This document shows positions 11,216 through 24,800 of a stretch of 64,000 nt of DNA, piece after piece. Positions within the stretch are counted from its first letter, which is position 1. Each line of letters opens with the position of its first letter. The notes below the pieces were generated by a model that saw only the letters and a program-made list of their open reading frames with translations, was not told the origin of the DNA and searched no databases. The translations under genes and the position numbers were made by a program. Source of the DNA: Chlorokybus atmophyticus (lineage: Eukaryota; Plantae; Mesostigma and Chlorokybus algae); NCBI GenBank assembly GCA_009103225.1, contig RHPI01001428.1, positions 246,158-310,157 on the forward strand, written 5' to 3'.

Positions 11216-11809
11216 ATGGGTAACGCCATCAGGAAGGCGTTGGACAGGTTGGTGTGGGGCAACAAGGAGATGAGGGTGGTAATGCTGGGGCTGGACGCCG
11301 CAGGCAAGACCACAATTCTGTACAAGCTTCACATCGGGGAAGTGCTGAGCACGGTGCCCACCATTGGATTCAACGTGGAGAAGGTGCAGTACAAGAACGT
11401 GCACTTCACCGTGTGGGACGTGGGCGGGCAGGAGAAGCTGCGGCCCCTCTGGCGCCACTACTTCAACAACACCGATGGCCTCATCTACGTGGTGGACTCT
11501 CTTGACAAGGACCGTGTCACCCGCGCCGCCGCAGAGTTCCAGACCATCATCTCCGACCCCCTCATGCGCCACGCCGCCATCCTCGTATTTGCCAACAAGC
11601 AGGATCTCAAGGGCGCCCTCAGCACTGCGGAGGTCTGCGAAGCCCTTGGCCTCACTGGCCAGCTCGGCCGCGGCCGCAAGTGGCATGTGCAGGGCGCAGT
11701 TGCCACGCAGGGTGAAGGCCTTTATGAAGGGCTCGACTGGCTGGCTTCCACGCTCAAGAGTGTCCTTGCCTCAGGCGGCTCCACTGCTGTCAACGCCCTC
11801 GGTCGCTAG
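11216..11809 (+). CDS. ARFB1: ADP-ribosylation factor, plant ARF-B class, intronless, 197 aa
   Basis: MG start (myristoylation site), [10 protein letters not shown]-loop, [46 protein letters not shown] and NKQD, typical of ARFB1b/c. Confidence 0.9.
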   Translation: MGNAIRKALDRLVWGNKEMRVVMLGLDAAGKTTILYKLHIGEVLSTVPTIGFNVEKVQYKNVHFTVWDVGGQEKLRPLWRHYFNNTDGLIYVVDSLDKDRVTRAAAEFQTIISDPLMRHAAILVFANKQDLKGALSTAEVCEALGLTGQLGRGRKWHVQGAVATQGEGLYEGLDWLASTLKSVLASGGSTAVNALGR

Positions 11810-12942
11810 AAGCTGCATGTACTACCCTTGCTGCTTTTCCCTTTCCTGCATGCCGCTCGCTCTCTAAGCCCAGCTCTACAAGCCTAATCAAAGGATGAAG
11901 TCAGGAGATGTGGTCGGTAGGATGCATTGGCAGGCCGTATGCGTTGAGCAAAGGAAGTAGTGCTGTGCATTGTTAGTCATGTCCTTGACGTTTGCACAAG
12001 TGGCCCCGCTACTGTGAGAGCAGTATGACAGCGCAGCGCATGGCTAGGGGTTGCACGCATGTGGGGTTGAGTTTAGCCAAAGTACGGGTGCAGCTGCCAG
12101 CCACCTGTAGCCATTGTCTAGTTGACAATACAGCAATTGTAGATGTTGCCGCGTAAGTTGGGTTGGTCAGATGTGCTGACATCTGCAAGGTTTTGTGCGC
12201 TTTGTGTAGAAGACCAGTTGTGCGAGCCTGTCATGTGATGTGCACACTGCAGTGACACTGCTGCAGTTGCAATGCCGCACGAGGCATGCTGCATGAAGAC
12301 AGCATAAGCTGGTTAGATAGTAAAGTGTGTGCGGTGCGATACTCCAAAACATTGACCGGCTGATTGCCCTGCGCATGTACAACACGTAGGCATTTAGTCA
12401 TACCATATACTGCTGCAGGTTGCTTAGTGATACTTCTTCTTGCGGACATTCACTGTGCGGATGCGAACACGTCAACTAACCAGCTACATCAGCACGGGCC
12501 ACCGCAGGCAGGGCACAGATGCACTGATTTTTAAGCACAGTCTTGCGATGTCATTGCAATTGCTTCAGCTTGCCGCATTTGGCAAATAACTGATTCAACA
12601 TAGTCAACTCCTTGCTGCCGCAACCAAAGGTCTGTCCAGTCACATACACCAGACAGGTGGGTGAATCTGTTAGCTCCTGCTGATTGATGTTGTCCTTTAC
12701 TTACGACATTGCTTTGCCAAGTACCCGCATGCAGGCAATCACCCACAGACCCAGCAGACTCAATGTAGAGCGAGTTTGCTACATGTCGATTGGTAACCCA
12801 TCCCTGAGTGCAACAAGCACAGCAATTGGCGTTGTATACCTACGATCAAAGTGATTGTGTCTGTTAGGTGCAACAATATCGCGCTTACGGTGAGTGTAGC
12901 TACAATAACCGATGGAATGGCAGCAATGACACCGCACCTGGC

Positions 12943-14053
12943 TCAACTTGTCGCAGTGGAAGCCTTTGAGGTAGACTTCCGCTTCGGCATGAACAGCGCA
13001 GAGACACCATGATCCAGGAGACCAGGGTACAGGAAGTACAGAGTGACAAAGATGTTATAAAACCATGGCGTGACCACCTGGCGATCTCCGCGTCCGGCTG
13101 CATCTGCTATGACTTGGGCGCACTTGGAGGACGTCATGAGTGGTACAAAGTGAGACGTCTTCTTCTTGTTGGTGGTGGTGAGCGTCTCGCTGAGCGGCTT
13201 GCCATCTCGACCGATGGCCTTTCCTGTCACCATGCCGGTGTCCACAAACCCTGGACAGGCAATGGTCACACCCACTTCCCCGTTCAACTCCATGCGTAGA
13301 GAGTTGAAGAGCCCCATTAGGGCATGCTTGGAGGCCTGAGCACAGGTAACCTATTGTCAGCATCAAGCGAAGGCCATGTATCTATACATCGTACACCAAC
13401 TTGTGCAGTGTGTAGTGCACTCACATTGTAAAGGGTTTGGCGTGGGAAAGGCAAGAGACCGCCAGCGGAGGAGACCACTACAATCTGTCCACGGGATTTG
13501 CGCAGATGTGGTATGGCGTAGTATGCTGGCCAAAGGCAGCCATAATAGTTGACATCCTGCGCATGCACATAGTCAGAGTGTTGTGCTACACGCATGAGCA
13601 AAGTCAACAGAAGGATGGCACGCATACCATATAGTTTGTGAAACCCTGCGTAGTTGTGGCAGCCTCTAAGAAGAACTGCATGGCCACGCCAGCGTTCAGC
13701 AGAAGCACATCGATGCGGCCGAAGCGCTGCACCGCCTTCTCAACCAGGTTGCGGCACTGGTCCTCCTTGGACACGTCGGTGACAACAATGTCCACCTCAG
13801 GGCTGCCTGCGGCTTGGCAGGCCTGGGCTACCTCCTTCAGCTGCTGCTCGCTGCGCGCGGCCAAGAGCAAGCGCGCCCCGCGCCGGGCATACTCCTCTGC
13901 GAGCGCCTTGCCAATGCCCGAAGACGCTCCGGTGAGCACCACGGCCGCCCCGCGCACGCTCCGCTGCTTGCGCAGCGACCCCGACAAGTTTGGCAAGATG
14001 AATATCAACAGCACGGTTGCCACAAAAGCAAACGCAAACTCCGACAGGAACAT
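12943..14053 (-). CDS. Short-chain dehydrogenase/reductase, 11-beta-HSD/steroleosin-like; exons 14053-13628, 13556-13425, 13335-12943 (316 aa)
   Basis: N-terminal hydrophobic anchor, TGASSGIG, LLNAG, catalytic YNASK formed across an intron, and PGFVDT. GT-AG sites preserve the frame. Confidence 0.88.
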
Positions 14054-15012
14054 TGCAGCTGCTTGTGCTGCTGTTGTCTTCTTTGTCAAGCTGCAGGTAG
14101 ATAATCAACTCCGGGTACAAAGAACCCTACAACGAATAAAGGAAACACGTTCGTAAAGTGCTTATTGTATTGGAAGCGGGAGCAGTGCAGTGACAAACCA
14201 ATTATCAAGTTTGCAAACCAAACGGCTCGTGAGTAGCCCAGTATTTAGTCAGGAAGACAATGCGAAGTGCAACGCGGTTGTACCACACAGACTGAACCGT
14301 CGAAACACAAAAACGCGTGCTGATGTTTGAGGACTGGCTGTTGCATGCGTGAAGGGATGCATGCCACCTCCTCACAAGGCATGCAAAAGCCGCAACGAGG
14401 CGTCACAAACCTGCTCCAAATTCACCTCCAAACCGCAAAACACGTTGGGGCGTGTGCAAGTGGCTTTGCTGGGATAAATGCTGCGGGCAACGCCTTTTGG
14501 GTGGGTGGACTAACGACGCATGCAGGGAGTGCTGGTGGCACGCAAGACGTTTACTACCTGAGAGATACGCACAGCAGATATACTGCTCCCAACACACTAC
14601 TGCATGTGCTGCGAAACCAACAAGCAGGCTGCCATTGCCTATACTCCGTTTTGCATGGCAGCGCATGCCCGAAACCAACCACTCAAGCAAGGGGGAAACA
14701 CGCTCACCTGACCGGACAGCTATGACACTGTTTGCCCTGGACTACCGCCACAGGCACCTCTCCGGCGCCTCGTCCTCCTCCTGGTCGTCCTCCGCCGCCG
14801 CCTGAACCCTCACCTCCCAGACAACATCAAGGACTATATTGAAAAAGGCCACAACGGCAGCGTTTGTGGTCAATACAATCACACCAACAAACCAGAGTAT
14901 CCCAAACACCCTCTTACATCGACAAAGCGCTCAACCATGTGCGCCGACAGAGCGCTTAGCGACACTCATTCATCGACGTCTCAGCCTGGTGCTGACTAGG
15001 AGCAGCAATGTC

Positions 15013-15717
15013 ATGAGCCAGGCGGCGGCGGCGGCGGCGGCGGAGCAGCAGCGTCTTCGGGGCTTGCGCATGGGGCGGTTTGGAGCAGGCTCGTCGTCGT
15101 CGTCGTCGCCGGGAGGAGGGCGCTCCGCTTCCCCGCTGCCCAGAGAATGGCTCACGGGGCCCCGCATCTTCTCCTGTGGCGGATGCCGCGCCCACGCCGC
15201 CTCGGCCGACGAGGTGATTCAAATGTGCTTGGTGGCTTTCCTTTTGGTTAAGCCACTCAAAATTTGGAATTGATGTTTATCATGCGCAATTGTCAGCGGA
15301 ATGTGGTAGTATTTGACAAGCCAAGCGGTCTTGCTCAATATCCTCCACACGTGCATACACACACAGTCACATGACAGCGTACACGTGCTTGTGGTGGTAC
15401 ACAAGTACACGAATACGCATCTGCATATACATATACACATGAACTTATATATACGTGTGCAGGTTATAAGCAAGGCGTTTCAGGGGAGGGCGGGAAGGGC
15501 TTACCTGTTTGAGAGGGTGGTGAACTGCAGCGTCGGGCCAGCGGAGGACAGATTGTTGATAACTGGGATGCACACCGTAGCGGACCTGCGCTGCGCCCAC
15601 TGCAGCCGCCTCCTCGGCTGGAAGTATGAGCGGGCCCACGAGCAGTCCCAAAAGTACAAGGAGGGCAAGTTCATCATTGAGAAGGCCAACATGTACAAGG
15701 AAGGCTCCGGATGGTGA
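15013..15717 (+). CDS. Yippee-like (YPEL) zinc-binding protein; exons 15013-15213 and 15463-15717
   Basis: CGGC and CAHC pairs, [45 protein letters not shown]. An alternative start exists at MGRF (~15069). Confidence 0.88.
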
Positions 15718-18542
15718 TGGAGTTACATGGAAGCAGCCCCTCTCATTGGTGCATGAGGCACCTCCCCCTCCCGACTTGCCCCGCATTTGCGCCCCTGCCC
15801 TCTGTATAATATCATCCGGTTGTACGCACGCCTGAAGCATGCACGCGTCCTTTACAACCCCAGCAACAGTTTGTTTTACTACTACTCCCTCCTGCCGAAG
15901 CTCTTCTTGGCTCGTGATGCCTGTGTACATTTGTAATTAGCACGCCGTAAGTAATAGCAGTAGTAGCATTGCGCTAGAATAAAACGTTTTCTTCCAGCTG
16001 CCGCTCCTCTTCAGACTTTGCGCCTCGCTGTTTACAGTTTTCTGCATAGTGAGCAGTGTGGCACTGCTTTGCTGTAAACAGATTTGCGAAGATTCTGAAC
16101 AGCACCACATGCATCCCTGTTACATGATTTATTCCTTAGGTGCGCAGCAAGCAATGCAGGCGAGGTCACAAGGCATTTCTGGTTGGCCCTGGAGTCTCTC
16201 TAACTGCACCTAGCGAGCCCGCACAGTAAATAAGTGATAACCACATCTCAATCTCTGGCTAGTCGCCTCTCTCTCCCTGCCTATCCCCATGTTACTTGGC
16301 GAGCAACTCTTGCAACACTGCTGAAAACGCATACTGCTTATGCGAGCACATGCACGATCTGCCATGCGCTCGATGCGATGTGCGGCTTTCTCAAGCCGCA
16401 TGTTGTCAATGTGGTTGAGGATTTCGTGTAGTTGTTACGCATGCATGCATTCGTTGTTGGCTTGGTGCACAGTGGAGTGACCGCCTACTTGACAACTTGA
16501 CTAGTTGCTTGACTGCCTTACTTACTGCTAACTCAATGACTGTGTGGACGTCATTCTCAGCAGCAATGGCGCTGGCACCTGCCGATCCCCTGCAGCCATG
16601 GCTTCGGTCTTACCACATAACTTACCTGCTGCACAGCCTCAGCCGCCATCGCTGGCGTTCATTTGCACAGCACTGCAAGCATCCCCGCCCTCCGCCCTGC
16701 CTGCACTTGCTGCTGCTGCTACGCTCTATCCATTGTCTTGCCCTCGACCTGCAAAGCCTGCGTCCTTACTCCTACCGCCTGTTGCACAGGTCTGCTTTGC
16801 AAACTCGACACTACTTGCCCTTGCCTGCCCTGCTGCCTCTGCCCCTCCCCTCCCCTCCGCCTTGCACCAGCACTTAGCTAGTGCACATAAGTTACTTAGT
16901 GCCCTTGCCCTTTTAATTGAGCTGCCATTGCCCGTGTGCTTGCTGGTGCTTGTACTGCCTGTGCGTGCGTTGTGTCAACGTCTGAAAAGCCTATGCATGT
17001 GCTAGCAGTTCGCACCCTATACCTGACCACATACGTCCTCACAGCGCTCAACATCTCACTCACATGTTACCGCACAGCACCACGCACATCGCACCCCACA
17101 ATCACGCCCAGCATTCCACACGTGCACCGTCGCGGTAGCCTGCTGGAACCACTGCGCACATAATATCGAATAAAAGTGCGATTGCAAGTGCAATGCCATG
17201 GCTTGCTCATGCAGTCGAGCTGGCCCAAGCTTGTGGTATGTGCATATGACATGTTGGAATGCTATGCGCATCAGTCACTCACACCAGCTCACCCTCGTCC
17301 ATGGTGACATGCCGCGGTCCCAACAACCACACCCACAGAGCCCATATACCCAATACCATATCCACCTGAAAAGTAGCGCCACCGTCATGTCGACAACGCG
17401 GTTTTATGGTGCACATGTGACCATTGTGTGACAGTCTGAGCATGTCGGTGTGTGGCTGCCATGTGAGCGTGTCCGTATGTGGATGCTGTGCGAGCATCTG
17501 ACAGAGTGAGATTGAGGAACTCTGCAAGGCTGCCCATGTAATTAGCTGAAGAGCAGTGAGACTGTTGCAGTTGAGTCGTACCTGTGGACACTATGACTGT
17601 GGTCATGGTTGGTATTTAGCAAACGAGACATAGCTAGCCTGCGAGTTCTTGCAGACTACATAAGGTAAAGCATAGGGGCCATCAGAGCAAGCAGACGCAG
17701 CGCAGCGCACAGACCTGCAGACGCTCATCCAACGAAAACAACTTGTATGTACACATGAACATGTACATCATCTGTCAGTAGCCGCTCGTACAATCATCAC
17801 CTTCAACCACAAGCTCAAGTGCAACTTCCTAGCTCTTTAGCACTATATAAGACTCAGAGCATGGCTGACACAACAGCAAGCACAACCGCCCAGTGACTCG
17901 ACCTCCACACACACGCTCTGATTTCTGCCGTGTCTGTCCTGTACATTACATGTGATCCGCAATGAAGCACGACACCAATGTACACGTGTTTGGTCACAGC
18001 GCTTGTCGTGCAGTGGAGACAAAGCATGCCTACAAATTGAGGTAGAGCTGCAACACGCAGGCCTGCTTCCAAAGCTAGGCAAGGTGTACCAGGACCCATA
18101 GATTACATCAAGCGCACCAACTGCGCCCAGCACCAGTGTTTGTACATGGCACTAATAGATAGTGGATTTGTAACAAAGAAAGTACGCAAGACTGCTGGCC
18201 TGCTTCTGCACAGCTGTGGTGACAACCCTCATAACCGCTCCAAGCTACTGTTACCACATCTTGCACTGCACGTCTCAATCGGTATTTGTCCAGCCTCGCC
18301 CCAACCCCGTCAACACATGAGGAGTATTGAAGGAAAACAAGCTCATGACTTGCGATGTTAACCAATGCCTGTCGTGTTCCCTACATTCAGCAACAGGCCC
18401 TCGGCTGAAGCAAACGCAAACTCAATGCGGCCATGACAGGTGAGGGTGCAGTTACATTGCACTTGCGTCTTCACACAACTTCCTGGGAAGGTATGCCACA
18501 CACAGCCGAAGGCTCGTGAGCACTACACCACGTGCCTGGTGC

Positions 18543-20977
18543 TCAGGCGTTCATCCCAGGCCAGTCCGCTCCCTTGGAAGACCCATCGTCATGCACAAAA
18601 AAGCCGCCAGCCACAATGATGTACGCCAGCACCAGCATGAGGCCCTTCAGATAATTGGACAGTCCATCCTGAAGCACAGAAACATCTGTTTCAGCTCCAA
18701 ACTACGCTTGTAGCCATCATTGCAGGCTAGTGACAAGAGTCAGCAGATTCATGTGTCTGCTGATATATATCGATGCTTGTACTTACATGCAGGACGAAAG
18801 CAAGAGTCACAACAGTAACAAAGAGTGTGACAGTCTCGAATGGCTGAAAGTTGAGGTCCAGTGGATGATCAAGCACCCAAGACAGGACGACGCAGAACGG
18901 AATCTGTGACCATCATACCATTGTTAGGTGAGTGGTTGGTACCACACGGGAAAACCCATCCATGGCTCTTGTACAGAAGTACTGCATGATCATGATGCTG
19001 GCAGCTGCATACCACAAACAGAGAGATCTGTGTTGCAGATCCTACAGCAACACCGATTGATATCTCCATCTTGTTCTTCATGGCAAACATTATGGCAGAG
19101 GCGTGCTCCGCAGCGTTGCCAACAATGGGTAAGATGATGACACTTATAAATGCCACAGGAATGTCCCACCCTGCTGATGCCCCCTGCCAGTGCCAGTGCC
19201 AGTGTGAGCAGTGGTGAGACATGTTGCATGGCTGCACAGTCACCAAGGTGTGTCTGGCTTGTGGTTAACAGACGCCTTACCTCGATAGCGTCCACCAGGT
19301 AATCTGACAATAAGGCAATGAAAAAGGTAAGGACGGTGAGCCAACCAATGGCACCCCAGAACCCAAGGATGGGGTCCTCCTCATCACCATCCCCGTCATC
19401 CTGCCCCTCGTACAGATGTGAATGGGACATGAGCTGGAAGTATAGGTAACAGCCGTACGCCACCAACAGTATGCAGGCGCTGAATCGGCTTAAACCCAGC
19501 TCGCTGCTGGATTCGTGCAACTCTGCACATATGTTGAGGACGGTCAGGTCAACTACTGCTAATACTGTAAGCACATGAGTGTGCAGGTTTGCTCGTGGTA
19601 CCTGTATGCGTGGTGTGTAAAGTTGCTGGCAACAGCAGGGCCACTGTTGCTAGTAGGAGCAACGCCATGTTCATGGAGGTGCCCACCTGTTGTAACGTAA
19701 GTAAAAAGATAGAGCAAAGTACATTGGCATGCTATCACAATTGCAACTTGGCTGCACCTTGTTGAACTGCTGTTGCTTGTGCTTCAACCCTGCACGCAAG
19801 TGTTGAAGTAAGTAATGCAACTGCCAATGAACTGGGGTGTCTTTCAACGCCATGCCTGATGCTGTTTATTACCGCCAAAGAGGAATGCACAGCCGAGCAC
19901 GAGTAGCATGTTACTGAGGATAGAGCCAAGCAATGATAACTGGACCACGCGCAAAAGGTTTGATTTAATTGCAAATATGGATATGATCAGCTCAGTCACG
20001 TTGCCAAATGTGGCGTTAAGCAAGCCACCCACAGTCGGGTTGGTGTACAGCGCCATTTGTCTGCGAACATGAACCCAGAGGCATTAGATTGCAGCAGTCG
20101 TTGGTGGTTCAACAAGAGGATAGCTATCGACATACTTCGTACTGCACTATGGCAGGGAGTGGCACAAAAGTTGAGCTTGTGTGCACGGGTCACATACAAA
20201 GCTGGTAGCCACGATTACCATGCATGCATATGTTTGCGTCAAAGCAAACAGTCATGGTTTGTACGTACTCTGTCACATAGCCCAGCCTTTCAGCCAGTGG
20301 TGCAATCGCAAGCAGCGAAAACGCAAATATCCAAGCCTGCATCGACAATAGGTTGAAGTGAATGTGATGCATTGTGGTAAACGTCAACACACCCCAACCA
20401 GATGCTTGCGTGGTTGTATGCACGCATCTGGCTAGCACAACATGTCCCTGTGTCAACACCTTTAATATGCTGTGTTCATGCGCGTGCCTCAGAACTTGCC
20501 TTGTGCGCGGTTAGCGAGTGTGCTAGCATGGCAGCAGGAATGAATGGTAGAAGGAGGTTCAGCCGTGTTGAGAATAGCATCTCGTGTAGGGAATGTCGCC
20601 AGTACTCTCGCCATCCATGTCGCAGTACGGATGGCAATTTGCTCCGTGAAGGTGTGGAAGCATTGCTAGTGGGGCTGATTGTGATCTACGACAGTGCACA
20701 GCAAAGCTCAATGGTGTGTTTGGCCCGCCAGACAAAATAGCTTGTTGACTTTACTGTGTAAGAACCATGCGCAACTTGCTCTTCGCATGACATGCATGCA
20801 TGACGACAACGCGATGAATACCTCTTCTGCTGCTCGCTCTGCGTCACGTGCCCACTGCTTCCCCTTGGCCATCTCCGCAATTTCTATCTCTACAGTATCT
20901 TGGCTGCTGTTGTTCCGACTAGCATTGTGAGCAGTGTGACCGTTGATTAGCCTTCGCTTTTCGTCTTTCAGGTCCAT
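18543..20977 (-). CDS. CAX: Vacuolar Ca2+/H+ antiporter (CAX); 10 exons: 20977-20822, 20685-20500, 20336-20269, 20060-19873, 19789-19758, 19686-19602, 19522-19281, 19183-19013, 18903-18787, 18668-18543
   Basis: Alpha-repeats [13 protein letters not shown] and [37 protein letters not shown]. Intron 2 needs a GC donor (GCAAGT at 20499). Confidence 0.92.
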
Positions 20978-21845
20978 GGCAGCGCTCTGGCGAGCTGGGT
21001 AAGGCCTCCGCTGTGCTTGCGCAAACGCCAGCTCCTTTCAACTGTACTCTGCTGTGTTGCGACAATCTTCTGCTTCCGCTGTCCCCGCAGGATTTAATCA
21101 CGACGCGCCTGCTCAAGACGTACATATGCAAAAAACGGTGTCAACCAACCAGCTGTCCTGAGTCCAGCCAGGCTTCAAAGCATACACGAGGGTGAACAGA
21201 ATGCAGCGCCCGTCCGCAGCCAATTGCAAACCTGTTTGGACAGCCTGTTGCAGTCGCCTCATCTGCTCTTCGCAGCAGCAACGTGACATCAAGGCCCTAA
21301 AGCCAGGATGCACGCAAGCTTGGGCTAGACAAGGAGAATGCACAAGGGCCCCCTGCCAGGCGATGCAAATTCTAAGGCGGCGGTGGTGGTCAGCACACAC
21401 CAGTTGAAGCTGACTTGGCAAGGAGCTCAACCCGGAGACACTGCCAAACACCGCCGCCGCCGCCACCACCAACACGCCTGGCCCAGCCACACGCGCCACT
21501 AGGAGTCGAGCTGCAGCACAGCAAGGTAGGCGCTTAGCAACTGTGTGAACCGGTTGTTAATACCAACTGTCGACACACATGAGAACAACTCGTGCATAGC
21601 ATGTTGTGACGGCACTCGAATGTCGGCGGTCGGCGTCAGCTAACCCTAGCCAAGAGGTTGGTTACGCTGTGGCAAAGTGCCAGCTGGCAGCCGAGGTGGC
21701 GCTGGCGGTGATGGTGGTGACGGCATCTTGCTAGCTTAGATCATGGTGTGGTGACGGGAGTACGTCGATGCCACAACGAGCGTGCAAGGCCACCGATCGC
21801 TGATGGCATGATGCTGGCACTGCCGGTGCCGCCGAACTGAACGCC

Positions 21846-24800
21846 ATGAGCTCCATGGATGCCAAGCGGCTGGAGCAGGCGGCCGCGGGCAAGCGCAAGG
21901 TAACGGGTTGTTTCTACACTATACTCTATTGTGACCCAAGCAACTTGGAAAACACCAAGTGTCGTTACGCTTCCAGAGTGTGCAGCTGTTCCAACAGCAC
22001 GGTGTTTGCCACTTATTGAAATGACAGCTCTATCCACATGCCGATGAACTGCAACGAACGTATTCTGTTCTGGCGCACACAGTCAACGTACTGGCTTTAC
22101 ATCACTGTCTGTGCAATACGCATGCATTGCGTCGGTGATAGGATGAGCAAGTTAGTTTCAGTTATTCACAGCATGCAATGCGGTCAGTATTTGGCTGATT
22201 GCAGCAGTGATTGCGTTCACGTTTATGCTGGTGTCCAGAGGGATTAGCTTGCATGTTGGCAGGGCGGTTGTTACCTTGCTGGACTCTCAACGCATTGCAG
22301 TCTGATATGTCTGCCATAAGCTGCTGTTTGTCCCGCTTATGCGCATGCAGCATCTGGTCTGAAGATGTCTAGGTAGCTGGTTGCTTTTGGCCATGTGCTG
22401 ATGATCGCGCAGTGCTTGTGCGCTGCGAGGCAACATCCAACAATAGTGCCTTTGGTCACTGCTGGTCTGCACCGCAGCTTGAAGAGTTCAGGTTGAAGAA
22501 ACAGGCACGTGCAAGTACACCCGGTCGCGGCCGACCTGGTGGTCCCCAACCAACTTCACAAGCAGATGATGGATCAACAATATCAGTGGCTACAGCACAC
22601 GCTGAGCGTGCTGATCACCCACAGGCGGAGGCACTCAGCACAAATACTTTTGATGGATTGTTGATTAGCACGCACACAACATCGCAGCTACTGGTTGAGA
22701 GACCGGCAGATTCAGATGCAGAGCATGCTGAACAACCGCAAGCAGCAGAGGCCCTCACAAGTGTCCTTGCAGAAGCACTTGCTGGGCAGCCAACATTATC
22801 AACAAGGCTCCTAGAAACGCAGGTAGGTTCTGCAGAGCATGGCAATCCGCTGCAAGGAGAAGGTCAAAGTGCGTTGGAAGCAGAACCAGTGGCCACCGCG
22901 CAGCCATCCGCAGCCCCTCAGGCGTTGGAGACGTCACAGTTGCAGGATGGTGGCTTGCATACTGCTGCATCCATTGTCGCAAGTCAGGACGCTGAACCAA
23001 CAGTATCTTTACAGAATGGTTCCATGGCCCTTGATGAGGACTTTGCAAGCAGTCCAGATCATGACTGGCAAATGCAGGTAACCAGTTACGAAGGCTACGT
23101 GCAATTACTGAGGGGGTTTGGGTAAAGAGCGTGTGGCTTTGAAAGACGACTGATACAACTGTACTCATGCAGAACACCAGGTCAAATAGTCTGGGTTCCG
23201 AATCCAATAACATCATGCACTCGGTCGGGATTGATGTGTCATTGGGTTCCACCCTGGAGGCTGCAAGTGCTCGCAAGGTGCCAGTTGTTGCAGCAGACTT
23301 ACTGTGGGATGCAGCCAACAGGTGAGTGATCTCAGCTTGATTGCCCCAGCTAGCTGTCTCTCTCATCACATGCGTGCAAGGGTGTGAGTGCCTTTGCATA
23401 CAACAGTGTACGAGTCGCATGACATGGCCTGTTATCTCAGGGACGTCATTAGGGAACGTAATGTGCTCATACTTGAGCTGGAGTCAGCCAAAGCGGACAT
23501 AGCCAACTTGAGTATTGTTGTCGCGACCTTAACTGAAGACAAAGAGTTACTAGGCCATAGAGTTGCCAGTATTGCCACTGATGCCGCTGAGGCTGCTCGC
23601 CGTGACCATGAGGTTGCTGCTCAGCTGCAGCAACAACTACTAGAGCTCAATGAACAGGTTGCCAAGACTCAGCTAACCATTGCTGACAAGGAGGCAGAAT
23701 TGCAGTTGGCAAAGGAGGCTCAATACAGGTCGCTGCAGCTGGAGGAGCAAATGCAGCATCTTTCAGATATGGCGCAACAACTCCAAGCACAGCTGGCCTT
23801 GTCTCAGCAGGAGCGGTTAGAGGCGGTAACTCAAGTCGAGCATCTTACCACGATGTTGGCTGCTTCAAAGCAAACTTTGGCTGAGTCGGATGCGAAGGTA
23901 TGCATGCATGCACGCATGCATGTGCAGTGTTGCAGCAAGCACATGTATATATGCAGGTACGCACGACTGCGCACGCATGCATGCACGCAAGCACACGCAG
24001 CAACCATGAGTGCTCGCACGCAAGCTGGGTTGCCATGGGAAACATGAAGTTGCAGGTTTCATGACAACGCTGGCTTCATTGGCCGTCTGGCAGGTTTCTG
24101 AGCTGCAGCGCGCAACAGAAGATGACCGCAAGCTGCTTGCGCAAGTTCGGCATTTTTCAGATCTGTCACAGGAGTTGCAAGTGCAGCTGGATGCAGCTCA
24201 GCAGGAGCATGCACGGGCATCAACTGGAGTTCAGGAACTGACTGCACAACTGGCATCATCGCAGCAAGCAGTGACTGAGCTGGAGGCGAAGGTACACAAT
24301 TGGACATGTGCATTCACGCAACTTCCCTGGCATGTACAACCTCAATGCGGCCTGGTCGCAGGTGTCTGAGCTACAGGGCACCAAGGATGTTGAAAGCAAG
24401 CTGCTCGAAGAATTCAAGCAACTTTCAGACTTGTCCCAGCAGCTCCAAGCACAGCTAGATGTAGCCCTTCAGGAGCGCTCACACGCATCCACCGAGGTTG
24501 AGCAACTTCATAAACAGCTGGCTGCATCAAAGCAGGCCTTTGCTGAGTTGGAAGCAAAGGTATGAATAATGTTATTTGATAAATACCGTGCAGAATAGAA
24601 CCAATGGTTCTCATCCTGCTCGACCTGTAGGTGTCCGGGCTGCAGGGCGCACAGGAACATGAGAGCAAGCTGCAGGAGCAAGTCAAACAGCTTTCGGACT
24701 TATCCCGGCAGCTCCAGGCCCAGCGGGATGCAGCTCAGCAGGAGCTCTCACAGTCATCAACAGAAGTTGAGCAACTCGCTGAACAGCTGGCTGCTTCCAA

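Noticed and set aside
15715-15760. Possible TGA readthrough or selenocysteine at the YPEL end
   Set aside because: The Yippee domain is already complete, and there is no SECIS-like evidence or conserved extension.
16544-17005. 153-aa ORF between YPEL and CAX
   Set aside because: Low-complexity Pro/Ala/Leu translation of pyrimidine-rich DNA with no motif or supported splice structure.
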